NCBI GenBank assembly: GCA_964421635.1
Contig: CAYQWZ010000001.1
Coordinates: 71,267 to 135,266, forward strand
Source: an uncultured Candidatus Saccharibacteria bacterium
GTDB lineage: Bacteria; Patescibacteriota; UBA1384; CAILIB01; JAUSJZ01
Length of the DNA: 64,000 nucleotides
Direction: 5' to 3'
In this document: positions 38,840-47,716 of the stretch, in pieces
How the letters are laid out: each line of letters begins with the position of its first letter
Numbering within the stretch: the stretch's first letter is position 1
Notes under the pieces: generated by a model
Database searches by the model: none
What the model saw: only the letters and a program-made list of their open reading frames with translations
What the model was told of the DNA's origin: nothing
Translations under genes and position numbers: made by a program

Positions 38840-41623
38840 TTAGAAACCACTATTAGCCCCAACTTGCGCTTCAGCCAAGTTTTGGGCCTCAGCTTCCGCT
38901 TCTTCTATCTTTTCCGGAGTAATGTGAACGCCTGAATACCTGTGGTCAAAACCGTCCTCGGGAACATTCATTTCAAACGGTTCCTCAACAGGCTCTACAC
39001 CTGTTGGAACAGCCGCTTGAGCAGCCTCTGAACTCTCTGACATAATGTCAGGCTCCACCACACCGCCAGCCACCTGAGCTTCATCTGTTGTTAACGAAGT
39101 GTTCCCCGCAGTCATTTCTGGCTCATCAAGCTCATTGCCTCCAATAGTGACATCGCTGTCTTCGCTATACAGCGCATGCTCAGTAACAGACAAATCTGAA
39201 TCAACAGACTCGGGTATATCAACCTCATTAATAGAAGGATTATCAACTTCAGGAATTTCTCCATCTGCGACAGTTGTGTCACTATCAAATAAATTTGTTT
39301 CAACACTAGCCGCACTATCACTATCTAAATCAATTGATTCACTGCCCTCACCAACAACATTTCCAGCTGTTTCATGGGCATCCACAACAGCCGAATTCTC
39401 TGAATTTTTAATTCCAAACAATTCATTTATAAATCCGTCATTTTGGGTTGGAGGTGCATCTGCAGCATCAGGCACGGCTGGTGGCTCAACAGCATCAGAC
39501 ACAGTAGAATCTTCTGCGGCTTCACGAGCAACGGCTTCAGCAGCATCACGAGCTTCATTAGCAGCACTTTTAATAGCCCGTACAATTTCGGCTCTTTGCT
39601 CAAATGCATTTCTCACACTAATTCCGTGACCAGTACAATTTTCATTTAAGAATAATTGCACTTTTGCATTCAAAGTCTGAGATAGTTCACTGACTACCTG
39701 AACCTGACCAGAATCGTCAACACTCCAGCTATCAGCCAGATGAGTTCCAGCATTTTTTACACTCTCTACAAAACTAGTTCTTAAAGTATCTAATGCTCCG
39801 CTCATATCTGATCCTTCTGGTAAATCTACATCTGACAAACCAGCTTTTGCCAAAACTTCACCGACACGATATTCAACGAATCCTCCTCCTCCAAAAACTT
39901 TCTCAATAGCTGAGTTCATAGCAGTTTGAGTAACATTATCAGCGTTAAAAATTATAGTTCCTGATCCTTCGTGGATAGTACCGATATTCGAACCAAACCC
40001 ATTCACATGAGCGGCTAAATTGTGTATATCAATATCACCGGCATTATTAATAATGTCAGCATCTACTACTCCATGTTCATGAAGGATTGCCTCTGCTAGA
40101 TGAGCACGCAATGAGTGGGCAGCATAATCAACATCTTCCAAAGATGTGTCTGAACCAGTCAACTCTCTGAATTCAGAATTCAGTTGCTCAAGCTGGTGAA
40201 CTAATCCAGCATCGTGACCTTTTAATTGCAACTGTGCAATAATTTCTCTTGATCGCTCAATACAGCTATTAACGCTGTTAACATTTTCCGCTGCAACTTC
40301 AATATCTAGTTGCTCAAACACTGTTTGGTGAATATTCTCAGGCGTACCTAATGTAGACGCTGATTGCTCATATAATTCGTGAACATGCTGGCGAACTTTT
40401 TCAACTTGAGCTGCAGTATAACCCATCGCAGGTACCGGTGCAGCAGGCGCATCTGTTACTGTATCATGATCAGCTCTTAGAGCTGCTAGATACCCACCAC
40501 CAATTGCAGCACCTAAAACTCCAATTCCAATAGAAATCCATGTCTTTGTACTTCGTCTTCGTCTGGCAAAATTGATTTCACTTTGCATAGCAACTATAGC
40601 GTCCTCCTCAGACAATCCACTATCAATTAACACCCTAAACAAAAGTCTCTGATAAGTTTTTTCATCTTGCTCCGACATTGACTGACCTCGCCTCTGCAAT
40701 CTAGTAGAGTAAAGGTGGGCATCAGCTAGTTTTCGTCTTGCTTCCCCAACACTCATATTTGGTAAATTTTCACCTTGCGTTTCATCATCTGCACCTTCTT
40801 CAACACTTTCTGTATTACCAAATATATCCTCACTAGACAATAAGAACTCTTCTTCTCTTAACTGACGAGCTTTTACTAATCTAGCAAAAGGATGCCAAAC
40901 CGAAACATCATTACCTTTACCTGAACCTAAATTTCTGATTAAAGCCCCAAATCTTTGTAAGCCGTTTCCCTTATAAGCCCAACTTCTAGCAGTTATCTTT
41001 TCTACAGTAGTTTTAGCCGACAGAAAACCAAAAAGTCCTCCAACAAATCCTCCCGCACCGCCAAGCATAGCGGCTCTTTTAATTTCCCTTCTGGTAATAA
41101 AACTAACTGCCGCTCCTGTTACCCCACCAATAATGGTATGAGTAGCTCCAAAAAGACCTAAGCTAAGAATTTTTTTAATTCCGAAATTAGTTCTGTGTAT
41201 AATATCCTCGACTCTTTCTAATAAGTTTGGATCAGTAATTTCCTTTACAGCATCAATAGCAATATCTTCTAAAATTGTCGCCATTACTTCTGCTTGTTCA
41301 GCGTCTATTTCTATATCTGTGACATCTTCACAGTTAGCAATTATTTCTCTTACTTGAACCAACTGCTCTGTTTCATCATAAGAAAATTCACCCATTCCAG
41401 TAACTCTTTCAATGGTTAATTGAAATTGCCCCTCAGCAACAGGTTCTATAGAATCTTCAATAGTTGGTACTGTAAGCGCAGACGCAACTACTGGCTCATC
41501 CTGCACAATATAATCTCCGGATTCATCAAAACCAGCTACAAAATTAGCACCAGGAATTAATAGCTCACCAGTTGGGCCAACTATTGGCTCACCGCCACCA
41601 AATTCAGGACTTTGAGATGTCAT
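38840..41623 (-). CDS. Large acidic membrane protein with Gly-rich TM helices
   Basis: 927 aa; three Gly-rich hydrophobic segments; Asp/Glu-rich C-terminus; no recognised domain. Confidence 0.7.
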   Translation of the reverse strand: MTSQSPEFGGGEPIVGPTGELLIPGANFVAGFDESGDYIVQDEPVVASALTVPTIEDSIEPVAEGQFQLTIERVTGMGEFSYDETEQLVQVREIIANCEDVTDIEIDAEQAEVMATILEDIAIDAVKEITDPNLLERVEDIIHRTNFGIKKILSLGLFGATHTIIGGVTGAAVSFITRREIKRAAMLGGAGGFVGGLFGFLSAKTTVEKITARSWAYKGNGLQRFGALIRNLGSGKGNDVSVWHPFARLVKARQLREEEFLLSSEDIFGNTESVEEGADDETQGENLPNMSVGEARRKLADAHLYSTRLQRRGQSMSEQDEKTYQRLLFRVLIDSGLSEEDAIVAMQSEINFARRRRSTKTWISIGIGVLGAAIGGGYLAALRADHDTVTDAPAAPVPAMGYTAAQVEKVRQHVHELYEQSASTLGTPENIHQTVFEQLDIEVAAENVNSVNSCIERSREIIAQLQLKGHDAGLVHQLEQLNSEFRELTGSDTSLEDVDYAAHSLRAHLAEAILHEHGVVDADIINNAGDIDIHNLAAHVNGFGSNIGTIHEGSGTIIFNADNVTQTAMNSAIEKVFGGGGFVEYRVGEVLAKAGLSDVDLPEGSDMSGALDTLRTSFVESVKNAGTHLADSWSVDDSGQVQVVSELSQTLNAKVQLFLNENCTGHGISVRNAFEQRAEIVRAIKSAANEARDAAEAVAREAAEDSTVSDAVEPPAVPDAADAPPTQNDGFINELFGIKNSENSAVVDAHETAGNVVGEGSESIDLDSDSAASVETNLFDSDTTVADGEIPEVDNPSINEVDIPESVDSDLSVTEHALYSEDSDVTIGGNELDEPEMTAGNTSLTTDEAQVAGGVVEPDIMSESSEAAQAAVPTGVEPVEEPFEMNVPEDGFDHRYSGVHITPEKIEEAEAEAQNLAEAQVGANSGF

Positions 41624-41625
41624 AA

Positions 41626-41880
41626 TTAAGCTATAGCTTTATTTAATTTTTCTTGAGCTTCGCGCAAAACTTCCAATTCTACATCTTTATAAACGGCAAT
41701 AATGTCAATCTCCCACTTATTTTCGAAATCAATTAAAGATTCAGAATCAAACTTGTTCTCCAACACATTCAGAAAATCAGCCAAAGCGTCTTGGCCAAAA
41801 TTATTCTGAATATATACAAAAACACGAGCTTCTACCGCTCGCTCAAATGCACCCCTAATTTTTTTATCTTCAATTTTCAT
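41626..41880 (-). CDS. Hypothetical protein
   Basis: 84 aa helical ORF ending 2 nt before the 927 aa gene. Confidence 0.55.
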   Translation of the reverse strand: MKIEDKKIRGAFERAVEARVFVYIQNNFGQDALADFLNVLENKFDSESLIDFENKWEIDIIAVYKDVELEVLREAQEKLNKAIA

Positions 41881-41890
41881 AATAATATTT

Positions 41891-42024
41891 TCGATCAAAT
41901 ATCTAGCCAGAGGCGAGGCCTGATAACAGAAACAACATCACTCTGCGCTAAGCGCATTTAACGATATTGCCGTTGAGGATCTGTTATACAATAATCCGCC
42001 ACCTCCAGCCAGGTATTTGACCAA
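41891..42024 (-). ncRNA. Candidate structured RNA (long rod with internal bubble and branched tip; 6S-like or 5' leader)
   Basis: 26-position stem with one mismatch and many G-U pairs on the - strand; inner 8-bp stem AUAACAGA/UCUGUUAU; two terminal hairpins; promoter just upstream. Confidence 0.55.
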
Positions 42025-42049
42025 AACTTGTCATGTAATTATCGAAGAA

Positions 42050-42078
42050 ATCATAGCAAAATAAAGGGGTTTTGTCAA
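42050..42078 (-). promoter_or_regulatory. sigma70 promoter
   Basis: TTGACA-17 nt-TATGAT with extended TG. Confidence 0.75.
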
Positions 42079-42099
42079 CCCCAAAGCGAACTATCGCAT

Positions 42100-42708
42100 C
42101 TATTTCTTAGATCTTTTTTTACCTATTCTTATAGCTCTTCGTCTATGCTTGTTTTTTTGTTTTTTCTCTTTGGGCTGGTTTTGATTTTTTTGTCGACGAC
42201 GGCGAATCCAGTATACCGGAGTAATTAAGCCCAAAGCCCACCAAATGCGTCGAAATATTCCCGCATTTTTAATCTTGCTCTTCTTCTTTACATTCTTATC
42301 TAACCAGCTGGTAATTTTTTGTAGTATCTCATTTCGCTCATCGGCTCTAGATTTTGCAATCCTTACTGCCCAAACATAAATTCCTCTTTGTTCGCTATCT
42401 AGCCAATGGTTGTTTAAATATAAAAATACTAAAAGCGCGGTGGTGGCAATTCTTTTGTTGCCATTAGAAAAAGGATGGTTCTTAATCAACGCATAAAACA
42501 TAACGGCGGCCTTAGCAGCCAATGTAGGATAAAGTTCTTTGCGACCAAATGTGGCTCGCGGTAGTGATAAGGCTGAATCTAAAAGAGCTGGTATATGCTT
42601 GTCAAAGGTGGGAATTGGTTCATTATATTCAGAAAAATAAGATTTAGCTAAACGGTGCGTCACCTCTTGCATTAGCTCTGAGGTGAGATAAACAGTTCGA
42701 CGGGCCAT
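42100..42708 (-). CDS. Doc-type Fic family toxin with long basic C-terminal extension
   Basis: LLDSAL..P..TF...LYPTL..KAA...Y.LIKNHPFSNGNKR. Confidence 0.88.
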   Translation of the reverse strand: MARRTVYLTSELMQEVTHRLAKSYFSEYNEPIPTFDKHIPALLDSALSLPRATFGRKELYPTLAAKAAVMFYALIKNHPFSNGNKRIATTALLVFLYLNNHWLDSEQRGIYVWAVRIAKSRADERNEILQKITSWLDKNVKKKSKIKNAGIFRRIWWALGLITPVYWIRRRRQKNQNQPKEKKQKNKHRRRAIRIGKKRSKK

Positions 42709-42857
42709 CACTCATCTCCTAATTTCTTCAAGACATCACCATACTCATGGACAATTTTGTCTACCACTGTCTCAATTTTACGCTCCATCTTTTTTGAAAG
42801 CTTTCTGTTCTGCTTCTTCTTCTTGGCTATAATTTTTCTTTTTTTCTTTCTACGCAT
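42708..42857 (-). CDS. Putative Phd-like antitoxin (49 aa, not in the ORF track)
   Basis: MRRKKKRKIIAKKKKQNRKLSKKMERKIETVVDKIVHEYGDVLKKLGDE; TGATG overlap with doc; C-terminus resembles Doc-neutralising helices. Confidence 0.7.
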   Translation of the reverse strand: MRRKKKRKIIAKKKKQNRKLSKKMERKIETVVDKIVHEYGDVLKKLGDE

Positions 42858-42861
42858 TGCA

Positions 42862-44070
42862 TTAATTTAAAAACGCAAACAATTCATTATTTAAATATTT
42901 TATAGTTTTTACCTTGTTCGCTTCACACACTTCATTATTAAGATACTCGTGTAATGCCGCCAAAGCCTTGGGTAAATTCAAATCACTCGCCACTTCTTCT
43001 TTAATTTTTTGCACTACTGCTTTATTGATTTCGCCCTTTCCTTCAGATTTGTCAGCAGCCAATATTTCTTCTAATTTCTTTCTGCCACTCTTTGCAGCTT
43101 CTAATGCTTGCCAAGTAAAGTTCTGTTTTTTTCTGTAATGTGTTTGGCAAATTAAATATCTGTAATCTAGAGGTGAGAAATTTTTCTTTTTCAAATCTTG
43201 CAGTGTGTAGGCATTTCCCTGACTCTTCCCCATTCGCTTACCATCTACTAACAGATGCTCAATGTGCATCCAAATGTCTACGAACTTCTTGCCCGTAGCA
43301 GCTTCGCTTTGTGCCAGCTCATTTTGATGATGCGGAGATAATAAATCAATTCCTCCTAAATGAAGGTTAACCGTCTTCCCACTCGTTAATTTCATAGCCA
43401 TTACTGAACATTCAATGTGCCAGCCAGGAAATCCTTTACCTTCAATTCCTAAAGGATTCTCCCATTCCATATCTCGCTTCTCACCCTTTGGAGAGAATTT
43501 CCATAAAGCAAAATCTGTAGCGTTCTTCTTCTCTTCATTCTTTTCAACCCTAGCTCCCTCTTTAATGCCAGCCAAATCTAGATTCGATAGCTCGCCATAT
43601 TTATTAAACTGCTTCGTATTAAAATAAATTCCGTCCGATGTTTGATATGTAAACTCTTTCTCTGCCAGCTGCTCAATAAGTTTTTTCATTTCCTCAACAC
43701 AATCCGTCGCCCGATAAATCTTATCTGGATTTTGTATGTTCAGCTTCTTCATATCAATCTCAAACTTCTTTATATTCTCGTTGGCTACTTCTATGGCCGA
43801 TTTTCTTTCCAACTTGGCCTGCTTGGCAATTTTGTCTTCTCCCGTATCTGCATCTGAGGTTAAGTGCCCAACATCTGTATAATTCATTCCCCAAACTACC
43901 TCTTGCCCACCAAAGCGCAACGCCCTCACCAAAAAGTCATACATTAAGAATGTTCGCCAATTGCCTAATGTAGCTTCGTTATATACTGTTGGGCCGCAAC
44001 TATATACTGAAAGCTCTTTTACTTTTGGCATATCCTCATTCGTTTTTGAGGCAGTGTTATATATTTTCAT
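42862..44070 (-). CDS. cysS: Cysteinyl-tRNA synthetase (C-terminally short)
   Basis: YSCGPTVY, NYTDVGH, DFALWK, GFPGWHIECS, PHHQNE.AQ, RMGKS.GN. Confidence 0.93.
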   Translation of the reverse strand: MKIYNTASKTNEDMPKVKELSVYSCGPTVYNEATLGNWRTFLMYDFLVRALRFGGQEVVWGMNYTDVGHLTSDADTGEDKIAKQAKLERKSAIEVANENIKKFEIDMKKLNIQNPDKIYRATDCVEEMKKLIEQLAEKEFTYQTSDGIYFNTKQFNKYGELSNLDLAGIKEGARVEKNEEKKNATDFALWKFSPKGEKRDMEWENPLGIEGKGFPGWHIECSVMAMKLTSGKTVNLHLGGIDLLSPHHQNELAQSEAATGKKFVDIWMHIEHLLVDGKRMGKSQGNAYTLQDLKKKNFSPLDYRYLICQTHYRKKQNFTWQALEAAKSGRKKLEEILAADKSEGKGEINKAVVQKIKEEVASDLNLPKALAALHEYLNNEVCEANKVKTIKYLNNELFAFLN

Positions 44071-44678
44071 TAAAATTCTTTTCTTCCTTCTAGGGCGCGT
44101 ATCAAGGTTGTCGGATCAGCGTACTCGACATCACTCCCCATGGGTAATCCTCTAGCAATTTGGGTAACCACCACTTTGGCATTCACTTTGTTAATTTCAG
44201 ATTTGAGATAATCGGCTGTTGCTTCTCCCTCTAAAGAAGGATTCATAGCCAGAATCACTTCCGCCTCAGTCAAATTGGTCAGCCTGTTTAATAATTGTAC
44301 TATTCGTAACTGCTCAGGGCCAACCCCGTCTATTGGTGACAAAATTCCTCCCAATACATGATATGTTCCATTATATGAGTTTGAGCGCTCAAAAGCTACT
44401 ACATCAAGGGAACTCTCAACTACACATATCTGATTATTATTTCTACTTTCACTCTGACAGATTGGGCAAAGCTCCGCATCTGCAATTAAACCGCAACCAC
44501 TACACTGCCGCAGTGATTCCGTTATTCCTTCAATAGCACTGGTGATTTGTTTGATATCATCAGTCCCCTTCTGTAATAAATAAAAAGCCAACCGAGAGGC
44601 CATTTTAGGGCCAACACCTGGCAGCTTAGACAAAACCTCAATCAGCTCATTTACTGAACTTGGTAATATTGAACTCAC
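44070..44678 (-). CDS. recR: Recombination mediator RecR
   Basis: LPGVGPK.A.R, C4 zinc finger, YHVLGG.LSP.DG, EGEATA, IARGLP.G. Confidence 0.96.
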   Translation of the reverse strand: MSSILPSSVNELIEVLSKLPGVGPKMASRLAFYLLQKGTDDIKQITSAIEGITESLRQCSGCGLIADAELCPICQSESRNNNQICVVESSLDVVAFERSNSYNGTYHVLGGILSPIDGVGPEQLRIVQLLNRLTNLTEAEVILAMNPSLEGEATADYLKSEINKVNAKVVVTQIARGLPMGSDVEYADPTTLIRALEGRKEF

Positions 44679-44710
44679 AAACTTACTTTAGCAAAAAGAG
44701 ATGAAAGAGC

Positions 44711-46861
44711 TTAATCTTCGTCTTTGTTTTTCTGTTTCTGTTTTTGTTCTATTAAAGCGATATCTGCTTTGGTTTGTTCTAAATGCGGGGTAGCAACCGG
44801 CTTTACTTCAATTTTCTCTTCTCTGTCTTTAGCCGCAGTTTTTCCCTTTCCTTTACCTTTTCCTTTACCGTAAGTTTTACCACTAGCCAAATCAGCCAGC
44901 TTCTTATCTAAAGATTTCTGGTCTAACCCCCAAAGAGCAAAATCACATTTAGGATATCCTTCACAACCAAAGAAGGTTTTTCCACGACGAGTTCTTTTAG
45001 CCACTAATTTTTTGCCGCAGATAGGACAGGTGACATCTACTTTATCAGCGATGTTTTCAGTATGTTTACAGTCTGGGAAACCGGTACAAGCCTTAAACTT
45101 ACCAAACCGACCATGCTTAATAATAATTGGTTTACCACATTTAGGGCATTTTTCATCTGTCTCTTCATCAGAAACGACTTTTTCAATCTCATCAGTTTTT
45201 TTAGCTACTAACTTAGAGAATGGACCATAAAAGTCTCCTATAATTTTTTGCCACTTTTTATTCCCCTCAGCCACTTCATCTAAATCTTCTTCCATTTTGG
45301 CAGTGAACTCTACATCAACAATATTTGGAAAATGCTCTGCTAAAAGCTCAATAACTTTAAAACCAATATCTTGTGGCACCAACGCTTTTCCTTCTCTTAT
45401 AATATAGTTTCTATTATAGAGTGTAGAAATAGTTGGAGCATAGGTAGATGGACGACCAACGCCAGACTCTTCTAAAATTTTAATTAAGGATGCTTCATTA
45501 AAACGAGCGGGCGGTTCAGTTTCATGCTCTTGTGCATTAATGTCTTTTAAGTCAACTTTATCGCCTTTTTTCAATATCGGCAGCATTACTTCATTGGTGG
45601 TTTTACCTAAAGCCCTAAAGTGACCCTCGAATAGTAATCTTAATCCGTTAGCTTTCAATAAATGTTTATCAGCCAAAATTGAAACAGATGTTTTTTTAAC
45701 TTTTGCTGGTTTCATTTGTGAAGCCACGGCTCGACGCCAAATTAAATCGTACAGTCGACCTTCGTCTTTGCCAATTTTTGAAGCCACAGTTTCGGGCAAG
45801 GTACGAACATGAGTCGGTCTAATTGCTTCATGCGCTTCTTGAGCAGATCTTTTAGATTTATAAGCATTGGCCTGTTCTGGCACAAATTCATCGCCATACT
45901 CTTTCTGAATAACTGCTCTAATTTCTTGCACTGCTGAGGTAGCTAAGTTATGTGAATCGGTTCTCATATAAGTAATGTGCCCAGATTCATATAGTTTCTG
46001 AGCACCTACCATTGTTTTTTTAGCAGAAAAGCCTAAGGCATTGGCTGCGGTTTGCTGCAGTGTAGAAGTGATAAATGGTGGTTTAGGATGACGGAATTGA
46101 TCTTGCTCATCAACATCGTCAACTATCAATTTAGCTTTTTTAATCTGTTCGAGCGTTTTCTCACTAACTTCTACTTTTTCTATAAAGTGCTCATCTTTTT
46201 TATATTTTTGTTTTTTTTCTCCAGCATACTTGGCGATAAATTCTTTTTTGGCTTTTTCAATAGTTGCTTCAATTAACCAATATTTTTTTGATTTGAAAGC
46301 TTTTCGTTCATTCTCTCTATCTACAATAAATTTCAAAGCCACAGATTGAACTCGGCCAGCTGATAACCCTTTAAACAATTTCTGCCATAAAAGGGGCGAT
46401 AAAGTGTAGCCAACCAAGCGGTCTAGTACTCGACGAGCTTGCTGGGCATCAATTTTCTTTTCATCTAAATCTGTTGGTACTTTAATGGCTTCTAAAATAG
46501 CCGGCTTAGTAATTTCGTGAAAAGTGATTCTTTTTATTTCTGCTTTATTATTATCGGCCTTGAGAACTTCACTGACATGCCAAGCAATTGCTTCTCCTTC
46601 GCGGTCGGGGTCAGTAGCTAGCCAAATAGTCTTGACACCCTTTGCCTCTTTTTTCAGCGCAGTAACATTCTTTGAGTTTTTACGCGGAACAATATATTCA
46701 GGTTCAAAATTTTTCTCAACATTAACACCTAATTTTGACTTAGGTAAATCTCTGACATGACCATAGCTGGCTACAACTTTATAATCTGACCCTAAATAAT
46801 TTTCAATAGTTCCTGCTTTCGATGGAGACTCAACAACAACTAGATTTTCTTTTTTACTCAT
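44711..46861 (-). CDS. topA: DNA topoisomerase I
   Basis: VVESPSKA, ATDPDREGE, SAGRVQS, ITYMRTDS, zinc ribbons. Confidence 0.97.
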   Translation of the reverse strand: MSKKENLVVVESPSKAGTIENYLGSDYKVVASYGHVRDLPKSKLGVNVEKNFEPEYIVPRKNSKNVTALKKEAKGVKTIWLATDPDREGEAIAWHVSEVLKADNNKAEIKRITFHEITKPAILEAIKVPTDLDEKKIDAQQARRVLDRLVGYTLSPLLWQKLFKGLSAGRVQSVALKFIVDRENERKAFKSKKYWLIEATIEKAKKEFIAKYAGEKKQKYKKDEHFIEKVEVSEKTLEQIKKAKLIVDDVDEQDQFRHPKPPFITSTLQQTAANALGFSAKKTMVGAQKLYESGHITYMRTDSHNLATSAVQEIRAVIQKEYGDEFVPEQANAYKSKRSAQEAHEAIRPTHVRTLPETVASKIGKDEGRLYDLIWRRAVASQMKPAKVKKTSVSILADKHLLKANGLRLLFEGHFRALGKTTNEVMLPILKKGDKVDLKDINAQEHETEPPARFNEASLIKILEESGVGRPSTYAPTISTLYNRNYIIREGKALVPQDIGFKVIELLAEHFPNIVDVEFTAKMEEDLDEVAEGNKKWQKIIGDFYGPFSKLVAKKTDEIEKVVSDEETDEKCPKCGKPIIIKHGRFGKFKACTGFPDCKHTENIADKVDVTCPICGKKLVAKRTRRGKTFFGCEGYPKCDFALWGLDQKSLDKKLADLASGKTYGKGKGKGKGKTAAKDREEKIEVKPVATPHLEQTKADIALIEQKQKQKNKDED

Positions 46862-46894
46862 ATAACATAACAATTATTAACAAATAGTTTGACG

Positions 46895-47716
46895 CTAGAC
46901 AAGAAAAATTTTTCCCGTCTCGTCTCGTTGTAAGATTTTATCTGCCTCTGCTTCTAAAATGAGAGAGGCGAAATCACCAACGCTAATGTTTAGCTTATCA
47001 AGAATATTGGTTGGCTCAAACTCACCTGTTTTTAATACTTCAATTAATAATTTGTATCTTTCATCATTTTTTTTAATTTTTGTATCAAGATTCAGCAATC
47101 CTAAAATATCATCAGGATGCAGAATAACTTGTGCTCCAGTGCTTAATAATTTGTTCGTTAATTCATGTTTCTGACTGTATATTTCGGCCGGCACCGTAGC
47201 AACAATTTTATTTAAATCGACCGCCTGTTTAAGTGTATTATGTGTACCAGATTTAAAAGCCGCTTCGGGCGCAAAAACCACATCTGCTGCGGCCGCTAAA
47301 AGTCTGTTTCTTAATAAAAATAAATTCTTATAAATATGCTTTACATTTTTATGCTCCGAAATTAGCGCTCCCTTCTTTTGCACTAACATATAGGATATAA
47401 AATTTTTATGGGCAGTAGGCTGAATATTGTTAATTCCTGTCGGACAAATACACAAAACTTTTCCACCGTTATGAACGGCTGTCTTTAGAGCTAGTATATC
47501 TATGCCATAGGCCAAGCCAGACACAACTGTACAGTAAGGTGCCACCGCTGCAATAAACTGAGTTATGACGCTTACAGAGTAATTCGTGGGCTTTCTAGGA
47601 CCAACCACAGTTAAATATGGACCAGCAGCTAGGCTGCCTTCTATATATAGATGCTTTAAGATTGGGTCAACCTCTAAAAACCGATCTAAAAAATATTTAT
47701 TATTTAGCTCTTCCAC
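46895..47716 (-). CDS. dprA: DNA-processing protein DprA (divergent)
   Basis: VVGPR, VSGLAYGID, F..RNR, SGT..T; dprA-topA synteny. Confidence 0.85.
   Translation of the reverse strand: MEELNNKYFLDRFLEVDPILKHLYIEGSLAAGPYLTVVGPRKPTNYSVSVITQFIAAVAPYCTVVSGLAYGIDILALKTAVHNGGKVLCICPTGINNIQPTAHKNFISYMLVQKKGALISEHKNVKHIYKNLFLLRNRLLAAAADVVFAPEAAFKSGTHNTLKQAVDLNKIVATVPAEIYSQKHELTNKLLSTGAQVILHPDDILGLLNLDTKIKKNDERYKLLIEVLKTGEFEPTNILDKLNISVGDFASLILEAEADKILQRDETGKIFLV

Noticed and set aside
41878-42034. TGA read-through extending the 84 aa ORF upstream (alternative genetic code)
   Set aside because: The extension is not protein-like, TGA ends normal genes elsewhere, and the region is better explained by RNA structure
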